Of a DNA stretch of 64,000 nt, positions 43,169-51,891 are shown piece after piece. Below the pieces are notes generated by a model, which did no database searches, had not been told where the DNA came from, and saw nothing but the letters and a program-made list of their open reading frames with translations. Every line of letters begins with the position of its first letter. The first letter of the stretch is position 1. Position numbers and translations under genes: made by a program. The DNA comes from Candidatus Cloacimonadales bacterium (GTDB taxonomy: Bacteria > Cloacimonadota > Cloacimonadia > Cloacimonadales > JAIOQZ01), in assembly GCA_963674825.1 (NCBI GenBank), contig OY771587.1, positions 3,552,001 to 3,616,000 of the forward strand, given 5' to 3'.

Positions 43169-44761
43169 CTATTTCAATAGCGTCACCTTTCTTGTGCTTA
43201 GCTGCTTGCCCTCTGCGGTTAGCTTGCAAGTATAGATCCCACTCGCTTTGTCTTTGGGTTTCCAGGTCACGGCTTCACCGGCATGATCGACCGCAATCGT
43301 TTCCACCTTTTGCCCTCGTATATTATAGATTTCTATTGTTAAATCATGGTATTCGGCGTCCGTCTTGACCTCGAACGACACTTCCGGATTGAACGGGTTG
43401 GGGTAGGCGTTGAAGGTGATATCCGCCAGCGGTACGGTCTCGTCGTCGGCATCATTCGTGTCTTGCTCCACCAAATCTTCGTGACCTCCATAGACAAACA
43501 CATGACCAAAATTATTAGGCGAGGAACTGCCTTCATCGCCATAGGCTCCCACCGCAATATCGTCACAGCCGTCGTTATCGAAATCGCCAACAGCGTGGGT
43601 ATAATACCCGCCATAGCCTTCTTCCGGGGTATAACCATTATAATCCCAAGTGCCGTTCTGGTCGCCTATATAGAAATATAGGTATCCCGCATTGCCCGTA
43701 GAGATAATATAAGAATTAATCAGATCTCCTTTACCGTCGCCATTAATGTCGCCGTGGGATGGAAAGAATCTTCCGTAATATTCAATATAACCAAACCAGT
43801 CCCAATGAATGGTTTCTCCTCCGCGCCACAAGCGGCAACCAGGGGAAGGATTGCCATTTTCTCCTGCTTCAAAATAGCTATAGAAAGCGAAATCATCATA
43901 TCCGTCCCCATTCCAATCTCCCGCTGGAACGAGCATAAGATTATATCCCGCAGTCGATTCATTTACCATATGGTAATCAGCTACCGTATCTTGTGTTGCC
44001 GCTCCATAGAAAAAACAATTATGAAATGTGCTGTGCTCATCATATGGATCTTCATAGTTATACATGAAATCATCAAAACCATCTCCATTCACATCACCTA
44101 AGCCCCAAAAACCTTTACTTCCTCGTGTATATCTACCTTCCACAAACCTCACCTTCTCGAAGCTGCCGCCATACACGATGGAGTAGGTAAGAGAATAATT
44201 GCCTTCGGTTATTCCCGCATCATCGTATCCGTCGCCATTGATATCGCCCAGCGGATGAATTTCGGCGTATGTATCACTGATTTCATATTCGTAGTCAGGG
44301 ATCGTATCGTTGACGGTGTTGCCGAGAAGGATACGCATCTGTCGATATGTGTGATAAAGACCGTCAAAGGTAACTTCGATATAATTGTAACCAATATCGT
44401 CACACCCATCATTGTTCATGTCGCCAAGATTACTGATATACTCAGATGCAATGATGTGATGAAATGCGGTGTCCGCCGGTGCTGATATTGACAAATCAGG
44501 TGTCTCTGGCAAACCCGTATCTGATCCGAAATAAATATAGAGTTTTCCCCTATGTAGAACATGATCAGGATCATTATAATATTTCCTTGCATTTACAGCC
44601 AAATCATCAATGCCATCACCATTGAAGTCAAGGGCAATTACCATTTTTCCAAATTCATCACTAGATATTTCACCCTGCATTTGCCATACAATATCGAGCT
44701 GGTTTTCGGCGTATAGCAGTATACCGCTACTGAGTAGAATCAATATATAAAGGTATCGCAT
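43169..44761 (-). CDS. Secreted FG-GAP repeat protein, copy 4 (530 aa)
   Basis: Same architecture; distinct signal peptide and upstream sequence. Confidence 0.9.
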   Translation of the reverse strand: MRYLYILILLSSGILLYAENQLDIVWQMQGEISSDEFGKMVIALDFNGDGIDDLAVNARKYYNDPDHVLHRGKLYIYFGSDTGLPETPDLSISAPADTAFHHIIASEYISNLGDMNNDGCDDIGYNYIEVTFDGLYHTYRQMRILLGNTVNDTIPDYEYEISDTYAEIHPLGDINGDGYDDAGITEGNYSLTYSIVYGGSFEKVRFVEGRYTRGSKGFWGLGDVNGDGFDDFMYNYEDPYDEHSTFHNCFFYGAATQDTVADYHMVNESTAGYNLMLVPAGDWNGDGYDDFAFYSYFEAGENGNPSPGCRLWRGGETIHWDWFGYIEYYGRFFPSHGDINGDGKGDLINSYIISTGNAGYLYFYIGDQNGTWDYNGYTPEEGYGGYYTHAVGDFDNDGCDDIAVGAYGDEGSSSPNNFGHVFVYGGHEDLVEQDTNDADDETVPLADITFNAYPNPFNPEVSFEVKTDAEYHDLTIEIYNIRGQKVETIAVDHAGEAVTWKPKDKASGIYTCKLTAEGKQLSTRKVTLLK

Positions 44762-44768
44762 GGTTGGA

Positions 44769-46493
44769 CTACCAATATCGCTTTCGCATGATGTCGATCA
44801 TCTTGGTCAGGCGGTGGCGATAGGTCTCGTTTTGAGTGATGCGACGATAGGCATTTTGCGCGTATTTTTCACGTATGTCGTCATGTTCGAGATAGAACCG
44901 CACCAGATCGGGAATTTCCTCCACATCGTTAAAGAAGACCACTTCTTCCCCATGCGTGTCGAAGATCTCTTCAAGCTGCTGTTTGTAGTCTGTCAGCAGG
45001 AATTTCCCGCACGCCGGGACGTCAAACACGCGCTGATTGACGGCGTTCTTCATCTGTCGGCTGGTCATGTTGAAATTGATGCGACTGGTATTGTAAACCT
45101 CGGGCAGATTGTCGTAATACATCACTTCGCGTTCGATGCGGTAGCGGCTGTCCAGCAGGCTATCCCAGTTCGGATCGCCAAAGATGGTCGGATAGAAATT
45201 CGCGAGCTTCTGCACACCGCTCATGCGGTAGATTTGCGTGGCACGCCACAGCACGGCTGCCTCGAAATCGAGTTGCTGCTCCAGGCTGTCAAAACGAAGC
45301 TCCGTGCCAGCTTCGCGGACGTTTTCGATCGTCTGCCGAACGTAGCGACTGTTCAGCTTGAGAAATTCCTCCGCGACCGTGTCTAGATGGTAGAGCAAGT
45401 CGCGTCGGAAAACCATGCTGCGCAGGTTCTTGTGCGTGCTGTAAACCATGCTGCTGCCCACGAAGGAGACGTCGCAGCGATAGGGTAATCCCATGGGCTT
45501 GAAGAGCTCCGGCATCGTGGCTAAAGGAAGGTAATCGACATACGGGTAACCAGCGTCGAGGACATCCTGGATGTAGTCACGATCCCAGACGAATATGTTG
45601 CAGAAATCGCTGATGTTGGTGCCTTTCCCGCTCAGGACGACAGTTGGGCTATCGACGTACCATGAGATATAAGGGATCTCGAGTTCACTGAGTAGTTCCG
45701 TCATGCGGCCTTCCTGATCGAAACCGAGATGGTTGATGGTGAGTACGAAATCGGGATGGAACTGGGCGATGAGGGTCAGAAAATTGCGCACGAACTCGTC
45801 GTACTGGTAGTTTTCCTTGTCGATGTGGATGTACTGTACGTCGTGACCGAGCTGCTGAAGCGCTGTAAGACACTCCTTTGTCAGCACATAGCCGCTATCG
45901 ATGTAGATTACCTTAACCTTGCGTGGGTCGCTGAACTTCGGGTACTTCCACTTGTCGCTAAGCTCGAACACGGGCCGCCCATCAAGTCGTCTTCGTAGGG
46001 CGTCGAAATAGCGCGGCATCAGCCGGGTGCGTTGCTTGAGCTCTGCAATACAGAAACTCCCGGCATCACCCATGAGTGCGGGGATTTCGAAATCCTCGTA
46101 GCCGATAATGAAGGTCACGTCTCCGGGTAAATCTCCCAGTTCGATGTTGTGCATGGCGAGATTGAAGAGGTGTTTATCCGGCTCTATCACAGTGATGCGC
46201 TTGCCAGGAAAACGCTCCGAAAGCGGTTTCAAGCCGTAGCCAAGTCCCATTCCGAAGCAAACTATGAGGTTTTTATCACTGCGTACACTTTCCGCCCAGC
46301 GATCGGCCTCGCGCATCGGGTAATAACTACTGTGGATCGTCACTTTCTCACCGTCGGCTTCCAGCAGAAGGCCTGGAGCTTCCTCTTTGCTTTCAACCAG
46401 CGTGAACTCCTGCGTAAAACGGCAATGGCCCGGCTTAATGTGTATATTCTCGCGACCTGTGATGATCTCGTGATTGCGCTCAAATCGACTCAT
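44769..46493 (-). CDS. CgeB/YkvP-like glycosyltransferase with Maf-like N-terminal domain
   Basis: IHSSYYPMREA...FGMGLGY...IEPD; SWYVD, YLPLA, DVSFVGS, INFN, NQRVFDVPACGKFLLTD, TYRHR. Confidence 0.8.
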   Translation of the reverse strand: MSRFERNHEIITGRENIHIKPGHCRFTQEFTLVESKEEAPGLLLEADGEKVTIHSSYYPMREADRWAESVRSDKNLIVCFGMGLGYGLKPLSERFPGKRITVIEPDKHLFNLAMHNIELGDLPGDVTFIIGYEDFEIPALMGDAGSFCIAELKQRTRLMPRYFDALRRRLDGRPVFELSDKWKYPKFSDPRKVKVIYIDSGYVLTKECLTALQQLGHDVQYIHIDKENYQYDEFVRNFLTLIAQFHPDFVLTINHLGFDQEGRMTELLSELEIPYISWYVDSPTVVLSGKGTNISDFCNIFVWDRDYIQDVLDAGYPYVDYLPLATMPELFKPMGLPYRCDVSFVGSSMVYSTHKNLRSMVFRRDLLYHLDTVAEEFLKLNSRYVRQTIENVREAGTELRFDSLEQQLDFEAAVLWRATQIYRMSGVQKLANFYPTIFGDPNWDSLLDSRYRIEREVMYYDNLPEVYNTSRINFNMTSRQMKNAVNQRVFDVPACGKFLLTDYKQQLEEIFDTHGEEVVFFNDVEEIPDLVRFYLEHDDIREKYAQNAYRRITQNETYRHRLTKMIDIMRKRYW

Positions 46494-46691
46494 AGTCAAT
46501 ATTCCTCCCGTGGGATCAAGTGGCTTATTTACTGCCCTATGGCTCTGTTACCACGATCATCGTCAGAGCCCGACGCGTGTCAAGAACCAAATCGGGAAGC
46601 GGTTCCTAAAAGCGGCTTCGGGCCTTTTCCTACAGCCGCGATGAAGCTTTTCTTGACACGGAAAGCCGGAAAATTTTCATGGAGAAGGTTG

Positions 46692-46768
46692 GCCCCCGTA
46701 GCTCAGGTGGATAGAGCAGTTCCCTCCTAAGGAAAAGGTCGCACGTTCGAGTCGTGCCGGGGGCGCCA
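46692..46768 (+). tRNA. tRNA-Arg(CCT)
   Basis: Acceptor GCCCCCG/CGGGGGC, D-arm GCTCAGGTGGATAGAGC, anticodon loop CT-CCT-AA, T-loop GTTCGAG, encoded CCA; TTGACA at 46653. Confidence 0.96.
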
Positions 46769-46832
46769 CTTAAAATGCTGATTTTTCCCTTATATACAAT
46801 AACTTACGCACCAACGCACATTCCATGCTTTT

Positions 46833-47354
46833 TATAAAGTGTCAGGCAAATTTCCAAAAAGTTGCAAGTAGTTTTCCAAATTGAAGAAAGGCAACCCGTC
46901 GAAATGAATTGCCTTATTATCGTAGTGTATTGTTTATCAGTTAGTTAGCGCTGTGTTAGCAAAATCCATTATATCATTGACTGATTGCTATCCTCTCTGG
47001 GTATTATTGGGAGGAATAGAAAAAAGCCGCGAAGATCTTCAATGTCTGATTTCTCGAAACAAGGTGCGATATGAAAAAACCATGTGTTATCTATGCCAGT
47101 ATAAAGTGTCAGGCGAATTATAAAGTGTCAGGCAAATTTCTAAATTGTTGCAAGTAGTTTTCCAAACGGCATCAGCGCCAAGGCGGCGCAATAAGCAATT
47201 CAGGCTCGTATCCAGCATCATATCAGTAAGATAATACCGTGTTGCAAGAAGTTTTCCAAATTTAAGAAAGGCGACCCATCGAAATGAACCGCCTTTTGAT
47301 TGTAATGTCTTGTTTATCAGTTAGTTAGTGCTGTGTTGCAAGTGGTTTTCCAAA
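46833..47354. repeat. Composite direct-repeat array
   Basis: GTTGCAAG(T/A)(A/G)GTTTTCCAAA at 46861, 47147, 47241, 47335; TATAAAGTGTCAGGC at 46833, 47100, 47119; 46861-46957 duplicated at 47241-47337. Confidence 0.9.
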
Positions 47355-47399
47355 TTCAGGTTTGATTTTGATGATCTCATTTCCATAACTCCATTATAT

Positions 47400-47615
47400 T
47401 CAGTCGGTTGGGTGTGGATTGCACGAGTTTTCTAAATCATCAGGGATGATGAGCGATTCGGCTTGGATCTTCGTCTGGATCTCTTCGAACGTATCGGCTT
47501 CAAAAGCCGGGTTATTGGTTGTTGTTATTGTTCCTGCAGGAAACTCATCACAACAACGAATTACCTGCGTTTTAGCATCCCATATGAGTCTGTATGTCTT
47601 TGTTAGTTGCACCAC
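47400..47615 (-). CDS. Small hypothetical protein downstream of LRR fragment
   Basis: RBS AGGAGG before GTG; follows LRR ORF stop closely. Confidence 0.55.
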   Translation of the reverse strand: MVQLTKTYRLIWDAKTQVIRCCDEFPAGTITTTNNPAFEADTFEEIQTKIQAESLIIPDDLENSCNPHPTD

Positions 47616-47624
47616 AATAACCTC

Positions 47625-48265
47625 CTACGAATCCAACGTGATATCCCAACTGCGAGCGATCAGCGTATTATAAGCTGCCTGTCCGCTTGCATCGAGATCG
47701 GCATAAGTCGTGCCACATTCGCCATAGTTCAGAGATCCACTGCTGTTACCGATTGCCTCTACATCCACAAGCATCTGCGAGATCTCGTGCGTGCTCAAGC
47801 CCGTCAGGCCCCTGAAATTGGCTTCAAGCACAACCCACGAAAGCGTTGCCGCTGTATAGGTATCGACCTGCGAACCATCCAGACGCAACAGATCCAGCGC
47901 TCTCCCGGCAAGAACAGCGATGTCGCCGTCAATCAGCGTGTTTGAGCAGGAGAAACGAATCAGGTCAGTTAATCCTCCGAGGTCGCTCAATGAGCCCGTC
48001 AGAAGCGTATTTGTGCTTATATCGACGATCTGAAGATCGACCTTATCCGAGAGCACAAAGAGATCCCCGGTGAGGGCGGTCGGATTGTTCTGCTTGGCAT
48101 AGAAGATCTTGAGTTGTGTAAGGGGAGCCAGGCCGACCGATAGGTCACCGAATGCCGCCGAAAGATGGATGTACAGATTGACGACTGATACCAGGTGCCG
48201 AAGCGTTTCGACCCGGACACCCACCCAGCTTTGATTGTACAAGTAGAAGCGCTCGATCTGGTTCA
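47625..48265 (-). pseudogene. 5'-truncated leucine-rich-repeat-like gene (possibly phage structural)
   Basis: Repeats FGDLSVGL..L, LTGDLFVL..., LTGSLSDL..L, IDGDIAVL; frame extends upstream of the track start to a junction with the sirtuin remnant; no convincing RBS/start. Confidence 0.55.
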
Positions 48266-49706
48266 GAGCTCTTGTAATCCTGATATATTTATCTCGAACA
48301 GAGCAAACAGACAGCGTTCATAGTATATCCGAGCCTGATGTAATGGCAGCAATTTACTCCATCCCTGAATAAAACCTTTGTTCACAACATCCCATTCTTT
48401 GTGCAATCCATCTTCTCTATAGAAGCGTAAAAGATGAAGTCCAAGCTCAATACTCATTTGTCGCACTTCTTTGCTAACTCTTGCATCGGAGATATACATC
48501 CACTTGTATTTTTTCCATGTACTTGCGAAAAAATCTATCTGTTCATTGTAGATTGGGCAAAGGCTCTTATCCATCCTCCATAATTATTCAAATGCCCAGT
48601 TTAAATCGATTCTACTGCTATTGTCAGCAATATTCCCATGAAACTGACACCATTCTTCTGTGAACATTCAGATCTTTTTCCGCACTTCTTCAGGGGCGAT
48701 AACCCATCCTGGATATGATTCGCGTTGAACTTTCCAAGCTTTCAGAGTGGTTTCAATTTGCTTTTCCTTGTCAGCATCTTTACCATGCTTTGGAGATAAG
48801 GGAGAAGAAGTCGTTGGCCAGTTAAGAGCTGCCTGAGAGTTATCTTTGGACTTCAGATATTCTAAAAACCTCATCAATCCCTTATAATGTTCATCCTCTC
48901 GAATATCGTTGCAATCAGCCATGTTGATTACGACAATATTCCGTGCCTCAAGAAGCTTTTGTTGAGCTATGGACAAATTAATAACACCAACCAGGAAGAT
49001 CTTGGGGGAATAATCTCTACCTAAATTGTCTCGTATCCAGCCAATCCAACTAAGAAAATTGGGATCATCCCCAGAGAAACCAATAAGACACAACGTATTT
49101 TCCAGCAAAGACTGTTGAACCATATTGACGAACGGGGCATTCTCTTTGGGGTATATCCGGTAGTCTTCTTCCGTGATCACAAAGGGTCTGATTGACGGAA
49201 AACTACCATGTAATTTCACGATACGAGGTTGCGAGGAATGTGTAATATCCTCCTTTGTTTTCACGATATCGTATCTGCGATCAAATACCTTCGCTGTTGC
49301 TCTTTCAAGCAAAGTGTCATAATTCGTAGTAAACACATCAGACCAGGGTAAATTCAATAGCTCCGTATGCAATTCAGATGGCTCGTATTCTTTATCTGAA
49401 ATCGCATCCTGTAGTAATTGATCGAGCGTTGGCCTCCCAAATGCAGCTTGAACTTCCTCAGCTAATTTCAGCACATTCAGATACTTGACTTGCTTCCCTG
49501 GATGATTCCTATAGACCTTCTCGTAAAATATATCCCCCAATTCTGCCCAATCGGGAAAGTTATTGCACATCTCGCTATTGGGTTGTCCGTTTTTTACTAA
49601 AGCCAGATCCTACCATTACAGCTGCATGCTCTGACCAAAGTCTTTCAGCAATCTCATCGAGATAAGGGCGTATATTATCGGCTACTTGTACATTTTGCTC
49701 ATCCAT
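48263..49706 (-). pseudogene. Dsr1-like defence-associated sirtuin pseudogene
   Basis: Start 49706 MDEQ...RPYLDEIAERLWSEHAAVMVGSGFSK; +1 frameshift in A6 run (49590-49595); TTNYDTLLE, KLHGS, IGFSGDDPNF; in-frame TGA 48668-70 and TAA 48584-86; truncated near 48265. Confidence 0.85.
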
Positions 49707-49723
49707 GAAGGGACTCCAGGAAG

Positions 49724-50122
49724 TTAGTTATTTAGGTTTAGAACATTAACGACATTATTGGAGAGATGATGAGATATCGAGCAATAATTACTGAGCAGCT
49801 TACGAAGTACTTCCAGCCTATCCCGCATCAACCCAAGCCAAATGCTGTGCTCTACCCCGTCATCGTAGTGGTCGAAGGCATTGCCGGTATTGTAGGGCGG
49901 ATCGATGTAGATGCACTTCACCTGCCCGGCGTATTCCTCTTCGAGAGCCTTGAGCGCGAGAAGGTTGTCCCCGTGGATGAGGATGTTGTCGAAGATGTCG
50001 TCCTGGGTCACGTGGTGCGGTGCGTGGTAACTGTATTGCGGGTTTTCGAGAAGGATGCGCGGCTCCAGCCGTGGCTTGTTCTCCTTCCCGATCCATGTCA
50101 GTTCGAGCTTTTGGTTGGGCAT
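49724..50122 (-). pseudogene. Truncated type III R-M Mod methyltransferase (N-terminal ~110 aa)
   Basis: KLELTWIGK, LIHGDNLLALKAL, CIYIDPPYNTG, WLGLMRDRL; ends without FxGxG motif or TRD. Confidence 0.88.
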
Positions 50123-50163
50123 TGGGATTCGTCCTTATAGATATTTTCTTATTCAAATAATTG

Positions 50164-51864
50164 TTAGCTTCTGATTCTTGTCAATGCAACACTGTATCCC
50201 ATCGAGCGAATTGCTTGTACCCTGCCAATTAGATCAATTTTCGCAAACAACGTCAATGTACCTGAGAAATTCTTCAATGTTGTGTCGGCATTTGCAGGTA
50301 TAGAATGTTTTTCATCGTAAATAGCAAATACAATGCATATCTCTTCCCTCATTGCGGATTTAAGATCTTTCAGTTGGTGCTTATCTTTCGCTGACAAATC
50401 TGCTTTTCCATCCAAATCCGAATTATGAACCTTATCTCTAAATTCACTGTGGTGATGATATTCTTGAATCGATAGTAAACCTTGAGAAAAGAGTTCTCTG
50501 AGTGACGCTCCTGAATCATGTTTTATATGAATCAAAAGCTGTTTGTTTACTTTTTCTCCGAGTAAATCACAGAATTCGATTGTATCAAAACCACCCACAG
50601 AGCGGACAAAATGCTTATGTAAAATCGTAAATTTCGTTGCGCAACTGCTGATGTAGTCGTCTTCCGTCTTGCATGCAGTCGTCCATGATGGCATCCCGAT
50701 TTCTGTCGGACTATAGCACTTAATGCCGTTGATCTCTTTATCTATCAATTGGATGAATGCCCTATTTGCTTGATACCATCGATTGCCAATTACAAAATAC
50801 GTTTCATTTTGATATGTGACATCCCCGCAAATGTACTCCGAAAGGAGTTTTCTTGGTGTTGAGGGTCGATCATCGGAATACTTACAAACAACCTGTATTT
50901 CGCCTAACTTAGCGTTTTGGTTCAGCGAAAGGTAATCCGATACTTTGGTCATTACCTCATCTGGATCGGAAGCCGATTCCTTCCATGGACCGTCATTGAT
51001 TCTAAACTCTTCGACCTGATCAGATAGAAATCCTGTTTCCATATCATCCAGATACAATTCCCCAAGCCTGCTACCACTTTTCACCATGTTGTGTAATGCC
51101 TGAACAAGGCTATTCACCAATCTCATGCGTGTTTTAGGGTCTATGAAATCAAGTTCGGGCAAGTCGTCCGACGTTTTGCCAGTATTCCAGATATTATCAA
51201 TATCGTAGATAAATTGATGCACCTCGTCAAGGCTCTTCTTGCCCGTAATTTGCAATGAATCACCAGCAATGATACTCCTCCCTATTTCGATATCTTTTCC
51301 CTTGTATTTATGCTTGATTGTTTTTTCGCTATTTGCCGGTATTGCTCGAATATGCGTGATAATTCTATGCAAGTTGTCTATATCACCTTTCGGCCTGTAG
51401 TTTCCCTTGAAAATCCGGTCGATGCTGTTCAATATTCCATGCGTCTCTTTCTGGTTTAATCCGCGTAAGTGCAAGCTACCTAATATCTTCTTTGCTAATG
51501 TGATGCCAAATCTTGGTTCATGGTACTTCTGCGCAGTTATAGCGTGGAATCCTGTTCCCCCTGTACAGGCATAGATATTGTTCCCAACCTTAATCAAATA
51601 AACGAATCCTGAAGATTTTACTTGTGGAGGGATTCCACCGAACTCTGACAGATCCACACCCTTTCCTTTAAACAAAGTGTACCAGGGAGCGTCATTATCT
51701 TTCTGTGTTTTGAAATACAGCTCAGAGTAGAACTCAGTATTATCGAAGTGAGCGACCTGCACAAAGCCAGGAAAAGATATCGTCTGAGAGTCAACATCTT
51801 GATTTAGTTTATAAAGCGTGATTTTCTTAGCAATGTTTTCAGATTTGTTTTTGTTCTCTGTCAT
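50164..51864 (-). CDS. DUF6119/TIGR04141-like protein with putative C-terminal nuclease domain
   Basis: TGGTGFHAI...EPRFG; YFVIGNRWY; IEFCDLL...LIHIK...ASLRELFSQG; TLFAKI; ATG 51864 after AGGAGG. Confidence 0.7.
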   Translation of the reverse strand: MTENKNKSENIAKKITLYKLNQDVDSQTISFPGFVQVAHFDNTEFYSELYFKTQKDNDAPWYTLFKGKGVDLSEFGGIPPQVKSSGFVYLIKVGNNIYACTGGTGFHAITAQKYHEPRFGITLAKKILGSLHLRGLNQKETHGILNSIDRIFKGNYRPKGDIDNLHRIITHIRAIPANSEKTIKHKYKGKDIEIGRSIIAGDSLQITGKKSLDEVHQFIYDIDNIWNTGKTSDDLPELDFIDPKTRMRLVNSLVQALHNMVKSGSRLGELYLDDMETGFLSDQVEEFRINDGPWKESASDPDEVMTKVSDYLSLNQNAKLGEIQVVCKYSDDRPSTPRKLLSEYICGDVTYQNETYFVIGNRWYQANRAFIQLIDKEINGIKCYSPTEIGMPSWTTACKTEDDYISSCATKFTILHKHFVRSVGGFDTIEFCDLLGEKVNKQLLIHIKHDSGASLRELFSQGLLSIQEYHHHSEFRDKVHNSDLDGKADLSAKDKHQLKDLKSAMREEICIVFAIYDEKHSIPANADTTLKNFSGTLTLFAKIDLIGRVQAIRSMGYSVALTRIRS

Positions 51865-51891
51865 TCTAGTCCTCCTGGGCATGGATGGTTT

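Larger units (their letters stand above)
38100..44761. repeat. Four-unit tandem gene array, ~1690-bp period
   Basis: Stops at 38100, 39790, 41480, 43169; near-identical 81-82 bp spacers (39708-39789, 41398-41479, 43088-43168). Confidence 0.95.

Noticed and set aside
38100..44761. Diversity-generating retroelement acting on the FG-GAP genes
   Set aside because: Differences between near-identical blocks include non-adenine changes (e.g. CCT/ACT, TAT/CAT), and no reverse transcriptase or template repeat is present
46861..47354. CRISPR array
   Set aside because: Repeats are only 20 bp, spacers are ~74 bp, two spacers are homologous to each other, and there are no cas genes in the window
48584..48670. 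Stop-codon recoding (Sec or alternative genetic code) in the sirtuin
   Set aside because: The gene also has a TAA stop, a frameshift and a truncation, and TGA is a normal stop elsewhere in the window; decay is the simpler explanation
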